Shown here in pieces: positions 10,092 to 18,029 of a DNA stretch of 64,000 nucleotides (its first letter is position 1; each line of letters begins with the position of its first letter). Location of the stretch: the IMG/VR virus record IMGVR_UViG_2579779107_000005; one strand, given 5' to 3'. This DNA comes from a virus (lineage: Duplodnaviria; Heunggongvirae; Uroviricota; Caudoviricetes). The position numbers and the translations under genes were made by a program. The notes beneath the pieces were generated by a model that did not search any database, was not told where the DNA came from, and worked only from the letters and a program-made list of their open reading frames with translations.

Positions 10092-10151
10092 GACACCAAC
10101 TGTCGCCGGTCTCCTGATACAGAACTGTCACCGATGTCGCGAGACAAGACA

Positions 10152-10166
10152 CTCGTTTTGGGCTTG
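10152..10166. repeat. target-site duplication, right copy (CTCGTTTTGGGCTTG)
   Basis: See left copy at 7279-7293. Confidence 0.6.
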
Positions 10167-10179
10167 CGCTCGGCCCCAA

Positions 10180-10195
10180 TCGAACATATGTTCGA
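10180..10195. promoter_or_regulatory. perfect 16-bp palindrome TCGAACATATGTTCGA
   Basis: Perfect dyad in an AT-richer stretch between the DGQHR gene 3' end and the original TerS upstream region. Candidate operator/late-promoter element. Confidence 0.35.
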
Positions 10196-10371
10196 TACAT
10201 GGGATGGGGAAGGTCGAACGAAGAAGGTTTCCGGGGTCAGTACCCGGCGCCGCTGGATTGGGATGCGATCGAGCAGGAGTTACTCGCAAAGGCGGCAGGA
10301 GACAGCGAACCGCCCCAGCGCGGTCGGGATACGCCGGGGCGGCCGGTGAGCGACGAGCAGGACTAGGGGGC

Positions 10372-11808
10372 CTACAGGTCGCCCGTCTCGCGAGCTGCTC
10401 GCGCAGCCGCGGTCTCGGGGCGAAGGAGGGCGTCGGCCTCCTCCTCGGTCAGGCTGTCGAAGTCGAACTCCGCCTCTGCCGGCCGCGGGGTGGGCGCAGC
10501 GTTCAGGAAGTCCGGCTTGTCGATAGCCCAACCGACGAATGCGTCAACGACGGCGACCGCATCCTGGCGGCGGCTCGAGGGAGCGCTCATGCCGGGAATG
10601 AAGCTCGGCATGCCGATCTGCTCGAACAGCATCGAGCCCTCCCAGATGGGCACCTCGAGGTGCGGAGCGAGCTTCTTGAAGAACTCCTCGACCATGGCCG
10701 TCGAGAAGGCGTGGTCAGTCACCAGCTCGTAGCGCGTTGCGGCGAGGATGCGCAGGAAGACCGGAGCGCCAAGGAGCGAGTGGGCGCGCAGGTCGTCGGC
10801 CGTGATCTGCCCATGCTGGAGCTGGTAGAGCGGCGGGAAGGCGCGAACGAGCGAATCGAAGAAGTCCTTGGCGTTCTTCTCGATTTCCTTGTCGTTGAGC
10901 TGTGCCTCCACGCGCTTGCCGACTCGGCCTTCGTAGCCGACCGTGAGGGCGCGCACGGTCTCGATGACGTACTTGGCGGTGGTGAAGTACGGGGACTTCT
11001 GCGGTAGCCGGTCGGTCTCGGTCTCGACGCGATTCGCGAGCAGCGGGTGGCTCAGGATGTCCTCGAGCGCACGGTTGACCGCCTTGCGGGAGTCGAAGCG
11101 TGCGCGGACGGACGCCGTGATGCCCTTCGCGTTCTCGGCAATGTCGTAGAACGCCTGACGGTAGTTCTGGGGGTCGGCCTCCACCATGATCTGCACGGGG
11201 ATGCGCTCGCGGGTGAATCGCGCCGCCTGGGTCTCGAGCGCCGCCTTCTGGCGCTCGAACTCGGCGACAGCATTTCCATCCTCAATGCGGCGCGCCTTCT
11301 TGATTAGCTCGCTGATCTTCGCTACGTCGGCGTTTATCCCGTCGAGGGCCTCGTACAGACCGAGGATTCGGTGCTGACCGTCGAGGATGTGGACCTCGCC
11401 AACCGCGGAGCGCTGGAAGGAGACGGCGCCGAAGGCCACGCCGTGTGCCTCATCGGTTGCGGCCTCGAACTCGAAGGGGCGCTCGGTGCGCAGAATGATG
11501 CCGGGCACGACCCACTCGGGGGTGGCGCGCAGGTATGTGGCGAAGTCGCTCGCGTGCTTGGGGTTGATGCGGCGGTTCCCCACAGTGGGGACCTCGGGGT
11601 TCGGCCGCGGGACGAGGGACATGATCTGCAGCAGCGACAGGTCCAAGAGGTAGTTCGTACGACCGCCCTGGACGAACCGAGTGCCGTAGTAGGTCTCCTT
11701 GGTGTTGTAGCCCGTGGCCGCGGGCAGTGTGGACAGATTCAGTGACATATTCATCCCGTCAAGGGTGGTGGGGTGCGCGGGCTGCGCGTTTTGCGGTCTA
11801 TATATCAT
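10372..11808 (-). CDS. DGQHR-domain protein (DndB-like, ParB/Srx-fold)
   Basis: 478 aa with the signature ILDGQHRILG and surrounding DndB-type conserved blocks. No dndACDE or dpdA partners visible in the window. Confidence 0.7.
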   Translation of the reverse strand: MIYRPQNAQPAHPTTLDGMNMSLNLSTLPAATGYNTKETYYGTRFVQGGRTNYLLDLSLLQIMSLVPRPNPEVPTVGNRRINPKHASDFATYLRATPEWVVPGIILRTERPFEFEAATDEAHGVAFGAVSFQRSAVGEVHILDGQHRILGLYEALDGINADVAKISELIKKARRIEDGNAVAEFERQKAALETQAARFTRERIPVQIMVEADPQNYRQAFYDIAENAKGITASVRARFDSRKAVNRALEDILSHPLLANRVETETDRLPQKSPYFTTAKYVIETVRALTVGYEGRVGKRVEAQLNDKEIEKNAKDFFDSLVRAFPPLYQLQHGQITADDLRAHSLLGAPVFLRILAATRYELVTDHAFSTAMVEEFFKKLAPHLEVPIWEGSMLFEQIGMPSFIPGMSAPSSRRQDAVAVVDAFVGWAIDKPDFLNAAPTPRPAEAEFDFDSLTEEEADALLRPETAAARAARETGDL

Positions 11809-11963
11809 CCCGCTGACACCTGAGTGTTCGCGGTGTGACTAATCGAACCACGGTTCTTTAAGTGAGTCAATTCCCTGTCTGAGGATGTGCCTATGCTCAG
11901 ATAGCCGGCTCCTCGGGGGGCCAGGAGCACCCGCAGTCTCACCAAATATTCGGAGCGTCACGC

Positions 11964-12203
11964 ATGCAAACCCGCAACACCCAGATCGTGTCCCTTCACA
12001 CCACCGACGGGCAGGAGGTTCTGCTCTATCCGGGCCGCGATGGCAGTCTCTTCGTGGAGCGGGTCAGGCCGAACGGCCGCCGCGATGCCCAGTCGATCAT
12101 GCAGTTCGACCCATCCGAGCTGCTCAGTGCCGTGAGTACCGTCTCTACGCGGACGCAGCCGATCTTCACCGTCGAAGGGCTCGCGCAGAACCTCTCTGCC
12201 TAA
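11964..12203 (+). CDS. hypothetical protein (isolated plus-strand gene)
   Basis: 79 aa ORF with ATG start and protein-like composition. Followed by a perfect hairpin terminator. Divergent from the DGQHR gene. Confidence 0.35.
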   Translation: MQTRNTQIVSLHTTDGQEVLLYPGRDGSLFVERVRPNGRRDAQSIMQFDPSELLSAVSTVSTRTQPIFTVEGLAQNLSA

Positions 12204-12224
12204 CCGAACCGTTCTACGTAGACA

Positions 12225-12263
12225 CGAAACGGCCCCCCAGTTTTGGGGGGCCGTTCGTTTTGT
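12225..12263 (+). terminator. rho-independent terminator
   Basis: AACGGCCCCCC-AGTTTT-GGGGGGCCGTT hairpin followed by CGTTTTG. Confidence 0.6.
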
Positions 12264-12361
12264 CATTAGTGAGCAGATCGGCGTGTCTACGGCCGCACGG
12301 GATGGGTCTCGGCCGACGTCGTGTTCCGCCGGCTACCGCAGCCCTGGCGTCAATTAGCCAC

Positions 12362-13006
12362 CTATCCGATCAGGTACGGCGGTGCGGGGTCGGTGTGCGC
12401 GAAGGCGTTGTGCTGGGGCTCTCTCAAGGTGAAGGAGACGAGGCGACGCAAGTCGTCAAGGCTGCCGTCGTTGCGGATCAGTCGGTGGAAGTGTGCTGCG
12501 CTGATCGACTCGGAGGAGTGCCCCTTCCCTCCGCCGGACCCGTCATGGCCCGGGCGATTGACGTACCAGGTCTCGCCGATGCTGTTCGCCATGTCGACTT
12601 CGTTCGGGAAGCGGACGCCGGTGAGCACGACGTTCTGGCCGTCGTCGAGCAGTGCCCTGATGTCCTTGGCGATCAGGTCGACCCAGACGTTCTCGCCGTG
12701 GACGTCGCGGCCCGCCTCGGTGCCGAACTTCTGCATGAAGTGCCGGAAGTCCTTGACGGTCTTCGCGTCGACGTAGCCGACCGCGCTCACGAGGGTGCGC
12801 GCCCGCGCGAACCCGGGCCAGACGTAGAAGCGCAGGCGAAGCGCTTCACGCAGGGTCACCCGGATGTACGGGTTGGCGGCGAGAGTTGCGACGAGAAGCC
12901 TGTCGCTCATGCCGATCTTGGTGAAGTCGTGGTACTGGACGAGGTAGTCCGCCACGGCGTCCTTGCCGGCGCCGAGGTGGCCGCCGAGTCCAATGAATCG
13001 AGTCAC
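12362..13006 (-). CDS. deoxynucleoside monophosphate kinase-like P-loop kinase
   Basis: GTG start at 13006 with a 4-nt overlap onto the upstream stop. P-loop GLGGHLGAGKDAVADYL resembles T4 gp1-type dNMP kinase (SGKDTTADFI). The upstream PR-rich part of the 462-aa ORF in the track is an artefact frame. Confidence 0.55.
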   Translation of the reverse strand: MTRFIGLGGHLGAGKDAVADYLVQYHDFTKIGMSDRLLVATLAANPYIRVTLREALRLRFYVWPGFARARTLVSAVGYVDAKTVKDFRHFMQKFGTEAGRDVHGENVWVDLIAKDIRALLDDGQNVVLTGVRFPNEVDMANSIGETWYVNRPGHDGSGGGKGHSSESISAAHFHRLIRNDGSLDDLRRLVSFTLREPQHNAFAHTDPAPPYLIG

Positions 13007-13560
13007 AGTCCGAAGACCTCCAGGATCGCGAGGCGCCAGTCGCGCCAGTTCGTGAGCCGCACCAGGTCGGTGCGGTGCTGGTTGTGGGGCTGGTCGAAGA
13101 TGACTTGCTGCCACGAGGGGGTGGCGTAGCCGGTGATCTTCGGCTTGTCGTCGATGAGGATGTCCCCGGCGACGATGGTCTTGTCGTGGGTGATGACGGT
13201 GCGCGCCGCCCAGTCGTCGCCGAGGAAGTTGCGCACCCAGTGCAGCTTGTCGCTGGCGCAGGTCGGGTTGGAGAGCCAAGGAGAGGTGACGAGGAAGACC
13301 TCGAGGCCGGTGTCGTGCATCTCCCAGAGTGCGTCGTAGGCGCCGTCGACGGGCTCGAGGTCGCGGTAGAAGCCGGGCTCGTTCATCACTGCGGAGATGA
13401 TGAGCTGCTCGGTCTCGCTGCGGCCCTCGTAGAGGTTGAACTGCTTCATGTCGCCGGCGCGGGGGATGGCGCCTGCGCGGTCGTACTTCTCGAGGCCCTG
13501 GTCGTAGCGGAGGTTCCAGTGGGCGATGGTGTCGTCGAGGTCGACGAGGACGCGGGTCAC
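13003..13560 (-). CDS. HAD-family 5'(3')-deoxyribonucleotidase-like phosphatase
   Basis: 185 aa. HAD motif I VLVDLDDTIA. NT5C-like length and architecture. Confidence 0.65.
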   Translation of the reverse strand: MTRVLVDLDDTIAHWNLRYDQGLEKYDRAGAIPRAGDMKQFNLYEGRSETEQLIISAVMNEPGFYRDLEPVDGAYDALWEMHDTGLEVFLVTSPWLSNPTCASDKLHWVRNFLGDDWAARTVITHDKTIVAGDILIDDKPKITGYATPSWQQVIFDQPHNQHRTDLVRLTNWRDWRLAILEVFGL

Positions 13561-13790
13561 AGCTCGGCTCCTGTCCTGCTCTTGAGCACGTACAGGACGG
13601 TGTTGCGCACGGTCGCCCCGACGTTCTCGGCGAACGCTTCGTACCCTGCGGGGTCATTCGGGAGCTTGGTGGTGATGCTGCGACGGTCCATCGGCAGTCC
13701 GAGGTCGTCGAGCGCGCAGAGAGAGACGCGAAGGCCCTCCGGCGTGCCATCCCAGGAGGGCGGCATGACCTCCGGCATCTCGGCGCTCAC
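13557..13790 (-). CDS. hypothetical protein
   Basis: About 77 aa ORF filling the gap with 4-nt overlaps at both ends. GTG start. Confidence 0.3.
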   Translation of the reverse strand: MSAEMPEVMPPSWDGTPEGLRVSLCALDDLGLPMDRRSITTKLPNDPAGYEAFAENVGATVRNTVLYVLKSRTGAEL

Positions 13791-14281
13791 GCGATCACCC
13801 ACTCGAGGGTCTCGCGCAGCCATGCCTCGTTGGCGCCGTTGAAGGTGCCCTGCTCGCGCGCCCGGTCGATGATGTCTCGTTGCGCCTGCGCGAGGGCGGC
13901 GTAGATCGCGCGGTCGTCGATGCGGTGGATGACCTTGGCCCCGGTGAGCGTGTCCGGGTGGGTCGGGTCGAGGGGAGTCGTCTCGAACACGGGAACCGTG
14001 AAGTCGACGAGGTGGTTCGGCACTCCGTCGCGGACCTGCACGAGGATGCGCGCCGGCAGGGTGGTGACCGGCTCCTCCATCGCGACATCGGCGACGAGGC
14101 GGAAGCCCGTGCTGGTCGGCCGCATTCTGTCGAGGCGGACCTTGGTGCGGTGGCCGGCGCTCCACTCCATGATGGCGTGCGTCTCGGTGATGTCGACGAC
14201 CTTGCCTCGGCGGCCCTTCTGGCGCTTGTCGCAGTCCTCCCAGGTCTGGCCGACGACGGCACGGGGCTCGGCGGCGGTCAC
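13787..14281 (-). CDS. hypothetical protein
   Basis: 164 aa ORF. Operon-packed. Protein-like composition. Confidence 0.45.
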   Translation of the reverse strand: MTAAEPRAVVGQTWEDCDKRQKGRRGKVVDITETHAIMEWSAGHRTKVRLDRMRPTSTGFRLVADVAMEEPVTTLPARILVQVRDGVPNHLVDFTVPVFETTPLDPTHPDTLTGAKVIHRIDDRAIYAALAQAQRDIIDRAREQGTFNGANEAWLRETLEWVIA

Positions 14282-14979
14282 GCGGCGCGCTCCTCGTCCT
14301 TGGCGTGGCCGGCGGGACCCTTCGGTGCTTCGTCGCCCTTGAGGGTCACCTTGTACGACTCGCGCGATGCGGTGTGGAAGACGACGATGCCCTCGGGCCG
14401 GTCAAATCGGGCGGCCAGGGAGCCGTGCGTGCGCAGGTTCTCGAGCGCCTCCTGGATCGCGGCCTCGCTGAACGGGCCTTCGTAGAGTACGGGCACGACG
14501 CCGAGGCCGGGCACGTCGTCGTTCCAGAGGTCGGTGCCGTCCCACGGGTGGTCGAAGTCAGCCCAGCGACCAGTGTTGAACAGCGAGAAGTGCCTCTCGC
14601 CGCCCTTGAGGCCGTAGCCCGACTGGATGCCGGAGCCCCACCACTCGCCGTAGTGGGCGCCCTCGCCGAGCAGCTCGACGAGCGCCTGCGCGTTCTTCTC
14701 GACCCAGGCGGCGAACCCATAGTTGTCGGTCTGCTTGCCGGGGGTGATGAAGCGAGTGCGGGACTGGGCGTAGACGTGGTACTCGGTGTTGGGGAAGCCG
14801 TCTTCGGCGAAGTCGGTGCCGAGGATGACGGCGACGCAGTTCGGGTCTTCCTTGACGGATGTGCCGAAGGTCTCCGCGACGATGACGACGGCCGCATTGG
14901 TGCCGTCGATCTTCTCGGTGACGATGATGTTGCGGTTGAGTCTGGCGATCTTGGGCCAGGGCTTGAACTCGATGGTCAC
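14278..14979 (-). CDS. RNA ligase-family nucleotidyltransferase
   Basis: 233 aa. Motif I KIDGTN (KxDG) near the N-terminus plus downstream EG/IVVFH and K-rich motifs typical of small ATP-dependent RNA/DNA ligase-type enzymes. Confidence 0.6.
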   Translation of the reverse strand: MTIEFKPWPKIARLNRNIIVTEKIDGTNAAVVIVAETFGTSVKEDPNCVAVILGTDFAEDGFPNTEYHVYAQSRTRFITPGKQTDNYGFAAWVEKNAQALVELLGEGAHYGEWWGSGIQSGYGLKGGERHFSLFNTGRWADFDHPWDGTDLWNDDVPGLGVVPVLYEGPFSEAAIQEALENLRTHGSLAARFDRPEGIVVFHTASRESYKVTLKGDEAPKGPAGHAKDEERAA

Positions 14980-15176
14980 GATGTCACTCTCCGGTAGGGG
15001 CTGATCTGGTCTTCGGTGGCGTAGCGGCGGCGGCCGGACTGGCCGGAGCGCAGGGTGTAGAGCGGCCCGTAGGCGCTCCCGTCTGGGTTGATGTCGATGA
15101 CCTCCCAGGTGAGCGGGTGGGCATCGTCGGCGATCGTCACGACGTCGCCGAGCTGGATGTCAGAGGTCTCGGCCAT
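14976..15176 (-). CDS. hypothetical protein
   Basis: 66 aa ORF. 4-nt overlap with the downstream gene. Confidence 0.35.
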   Translation of the reverse strand: MAETSDIQLGDVVTIADDAHPLTWEVIDINPDGSAYGPLYTLRSGQSGRRRYATEDQISPYRRVTS

Positions 15177-15272
15177 CGCGCCACTCCTTGAAGACCCAGC
15201 CGCCGAGGAAGCCGGAGCCGAGGCCGATGAGGCAGAAGACGAAGGCGATGCCGGCGGCGGCGGATTCGGCGA

Positions 15273-15503
15273 TCATGCGGCATCTCCCGCCCGCTCGGCG
15301 AGGATCGCCTTGCGCTCTCCCATGGGGAGAGTGATGTCGTGGGTGCGCGTCTGGCGGGTGCCGTCTTCGAGTCGCTGGTGCACGACGACCTCGGACGTAC
15401 GGAAGTCGATGCGCGTGACGCTCCCGATGTTCTCGACGCCGAGAGCGGCGGCGAGGTCAACAGCGGCCGAGAAGGCGGCGAGACGGACTGTGTGGAGGGT
15501 CAT
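15273..15503 (-). CDS. hypothetical protein
   Basis: 76 aa ORF. Protein-like composition. Confidence 0.35.
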   Translation of the reverse strand: MTLHTVRLAAFSAAVDLAAALGVENIGSVTRIDFRTSEVVVHQRLEDGTRQTRTHDITLPMGERKAILAERAGDAA

Positions 15504-15770
15504 GCGGCTTCGGTTCCTTCCTACTGCGTGGGGTGCAGCTCGATGACGCCGGACTCGGGGTTGCGGTACACGAGGTACAAGCCGGGCGCCGGCGGGAGGT
15601 ACTTCGTGAGCGAGACGCGCCCGCGGCTGTCGGGGAGGACGGAGCCGAGGGGCTGGCGGCCGGCCATCAGCGTGCCGTCCCGTGGGCTGTGGTCTGGATG
15701 CCGGAGGTGACGCGGGCGTCTCCGAGGCGGTTGGCTTCGGCGATCAGCTCGTCGAAGGTGGGCTGGGGGG

Positions 15771-16553
15771 TCATGCGGCGTTCCTTTCGAGGCTGGCGAG
15801 GTAGTGGGTGGGCCATTCGGGCTCGCAGACGGCGGTGGGCTCGTTACCCTTCGTGCGGAGCCAGTTCTGGAGGCTGGCCTGATCCTCGGCGCGCCAGCCG
15901 ATCTGCTGGCCGTGGAGGGCGCTGAGGCTGGTGCGGAGGTCGGGCGCTCCGGCGAGGTGAGGGAGGTGCTTGCGGATGATGGCCTGGGTGATCCGGCCGG
16001 AGGCGATCGCGTCGAAGTTGGCGGCGTGAGCCTCCTCCTCCGAGAGCTGGATGCCGTAGCGCGCCGCGGTGGCGACGAGCTTGCGCTGGCCGGAGCCCTT
16101 GATGTACTTGGCGAAGTGCCTGTCGAGGACGATGGAGTCGAGGACGTTGATGCCGCTGCCGCCGAAATGGGGGCCATAGGGGAGCGGCGAGGAGCCCGCG
16201 CGGACGAGGTGGGCGTCGAGCATCGTGCAGTCGTAGGCGAGGTTGTGGCCGGCGAGCGGGGTGGTGACGAGGGCGCCGCCGCAGATGGCGTAGATCAGGT
16301 GCCCGATTTCGGTCACTACCGCGTCGATGTCGCGGCGGGTGCGCGGGTCGGCATCGAGGCGCTCCTTGGTCCAGCCGTGCACCTCGGCGGCGCCGTCCGG
16401 GATCGGGATGCCGGGGTCGACGATCCACTCCTGCTCGCGGATGATGTTGCCGTCGGGGCCGAGGAGACCGAAGTAGGCGGTGACGATGCGGTCGTTGAGC
16501 GGGTCAGTGCCGGTGGTTTCGAGGTCGAATACGCCGAGGTCGAAGTCGATCAT
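15771..16553 (-). CDS. DnaQ-like 3'-5' exonuclease (DEDDh)
   Basis: Exo I FDLETTG, Exo II HNLAYD and Exo III HAANFDAIASG motifs. Confidence 0.8.
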   Translation of the reverse strand: MIDFDLGVFDLETTGTDPLNDRIVTAYFGLLGPDGNIIREQEWIVDPGIPIPDGAAEVHGWTKERLDADPRTRRDIDAVVTEIGHLIYAICGGALVTTPLAGHNLAYDCTMLDAHLVRAGSSPLPYGPHFGGSGINVLDSIVLDRHFAKYIKGSGQRKLVATAARYGIQLSEEEAHAANFDAIASGRITQAIIRKHLPHLAGAPDLRTSLSALHGQQIGWRAEDQASLQNWLRTKGNEPTAVCEPEWPTHYLASLERNAA

Positions 16554-17023
16554 CGGCGGGCCTCCGTGTCCTTCTCGATCTGGGCGGTGGCCTGGGCGCC
16601 GAGAGCGCGGGCGATCGACGGCGGGATCGGGTAGCTCGTCGGCTCGGCGAAGCTTCGGTCGGCCACCAGGTCGACGTCGTGCACATCGCCGGGGCGCTGG
16701 GTGCTCAGCTTGTCGAGGAGCGGTCCGCCGATGGCTGCGACTTCCTCCTTGGTGAGGACTCGCTCGGGGCGCTTCGTGGGCTGCGGCGTGAGAACGTACC
16801 GGTTGCTCTGGGGGCGAAGCAGCGCGACCGCCACCATGACCAGGTATGCGACCAGGAAGACGACGCTGAGGTTGAGGCGGAAGTTGAAGAAGAGGTCGAG
16901 GACGAGCACGACGACGAAGAAGGCGGCGTAGGCGACCAGGAGGGCGTACTCGGCGACCCAGGCGGGGTTGTTCCTGGCCGTATAGCCGGGGAGCGGGCGG
17001 TTGGAGGTGAGCTTGGTGGTCAC
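16550..17023 (-). CDS. membrane protein
   Basis: 157 aa. Two strongly hydrophobic helices (WVAEYALLVAYAAFFVVVLVLDLFF, LSVVFLVAYLVMVAVALL). Confidence 0.5.
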   Translation of the reverse strand: MTTKLTSNRPLPGYTARNNPAWVAEYALLVAYAAFFVVVLVLDLFFNFRLNLSVVFLVAYLVMVAVALLRPQSNRYVLTPQPTKRPERVLTKEEVAAIGGPLLDKLSTQRPGDVHDVDLVADRSFAEPTSYPIPPSIARALGAQATAQIEKDTEARR

Positions 17024-17034
17024 GGTGTCTCCTA

Positions 17035-17169
17035 GACGATGGGTGAGTCGAGCGGGGGAACGAAGTCGCAGTGCGTGCAGGCCACGACGTCGGTGCCGGG
17101 GCGGAAGGGGAGCATGACGCGCCCGCAGTACCGGCAGCCGACGGGGAGCCTGGCGCCGGCGGGGATCAC
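17035..17169 (-). CDS. small zinc-ribbon protein (not in ORF track)
   Basis: About 44 aa. GTG start overlaps the upstream stop (GTGA). Two CxxC pairs (VGCRYCG ... CTHCDF). Confidence 0.3.
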
Positions 17170-17501
17170 TCGTCGACGTGGCCGGCGGCGGCCTGGTTCA
17201 GCTCGTCGTGGATGGGCTGGTTCAGGAGCTGGCGGATGTGCTCGCTCTTGACGAGCTGCACGGTGCGGAAGTAGGTGCGGGCGTCGGCCTTGAGGCCGCG
17301 CTCCTGTGCGTACTTGTCGGCGAGGGCCTTGCGGGCCTGCTCGCGGGTCGAGGCGCCGGAGGCATAGACGGTGCGGCGGTCTGCGCGGTGGGCGGCGGCC
17401 TGGGCTTCGTTGTTCACGGGTTCTCCTTGCTGCGGGTTGTCGAGTTGGGGGTGGTGTCCCAGTCGCCGGGTCCGAATAGCTGGCAGATTCGCCAGACCCA
17501 C
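17166..17501 (-). CDS. hypothetical protein
   Basis: 111 aa ORF. The start may lie internally. Confidence 0.35.
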   Translation of the reverse strand: MGLANLPAIRTRRLGHHPQLDNPQQGEPVNNEAQAAAHRADRRTVYASGASTREQARKALADKYAQERGLKADARTYFRTVQLVKSEHIRQLLNQPIHDELNQAAAGHVDE

Positions 17502-17556
17502 CAGGCCGTGGCGAATGCGACGCCGGCGATGACGAAGCCGATGGCGAGGACTGCGG

Positions 17557-17769
17557 CTACCACCGGACCAGCTCCCAGACCCAGCCGCAGAGGGCGCAGG
17601 CTCCCCAGGCGATCACGGCGAGGAACCACGAGAGGAGGAGGTGGCGGCCGATGGTGAGCATGTTCTGGAACCACGTGAGCCACCCGAGCCACGAGAGGAC
17701 GCCGCTGATCGATCCGACGAAGGTGGCGACGATGAGGAAGGTGATGAGGAGCGCGAGCGGCCAGTCCAT
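17557..17769 (-). CDS. small membrane protein
   Basis: 70 aa. Two hydrophobic helices. Trp-rich. Confidence 0.4.
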   Translation of the reverse strand: MDWPLALLITFLIVATFVGSISGVLSWLGWLTWFQNMLTIGRHLLLSWFLAVIAWGACALCGWVWELVRW

Positions 17770-18029
17770 CAGGCTGCCACCTCCTCGGTGCCGCTGAGGC
17801 GAGCGCGCACGGCGGCGATGAACGCCTCCTGGGTGACCCCGGCGCGATGGAGGGCGTCGTCGATAGGGTGGCCCCAGCGCGGGCTGCCGAGCGGGCGCTT
17901 GACGTCGAAGTCTTCGCCGAACTTGAGGTACTGGGCGAGGATCGCGCCGGCGTAGTCGCCGAGGGTGGCCTCGTCGTCGACCCTGTGCAGGGCGGGGTCG
18001 ATCGGGAGGGCGAGGATGTCGGCGGTCAC
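17769..18029 (-). CDS. hypothetical protein
   Basis: 86 aa ORF. Overlaps its neighbours. Confidence 0.4.
   Translation of the reverse strand: MTADILALPIDPALHRVDDEATLGDYAGAILAQYLKFGEDFDVKRPLGSPRWGHPIDDALHRAGVTQEAFIAAVRARLSGTEEVAA

Larger units (their letters stand above)
7294..10151 (+). mobile_element. IS481-family insertion element (about 2.86 kb) with passenger genes
   Basis: Imperfect terminal inverted repeats of about 50 bp starting TGTC (left TGTCATGTCGCAGGAGATGGGTGACGGTTCTGTATCAGGACATCGGTGACAGTT; right in reverse complement TGTCTTGTCTCGCGACATCGGTGACAGTTCTGTATCAGGAGACCGGCGACAGTT). Flanked by a 15-bp direct repeat. Encodes a DDE transposase plus two oppositely oriented passenger ORFs. 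Lower GC than flanks. Confidence 0.6.

Noticed and set aside
7279-10166. The 15-bp direct repeats as phage attL/attR
   Set aside because: They flank only the 2.86-kb IS and are flush with its inverted repeats. Phage genes continue on both sides, so this is a target-site duplication.
12362-13750. 462-aa minus-strand ORF
   Set aside because: Only the C-terminal 214 aa (dNMP kinase, 12362-13006) is protein-like. The rest is a Pro/Arg-rich out-of-frame read-through across the HAD nucleotidase gene, which is in another frame.
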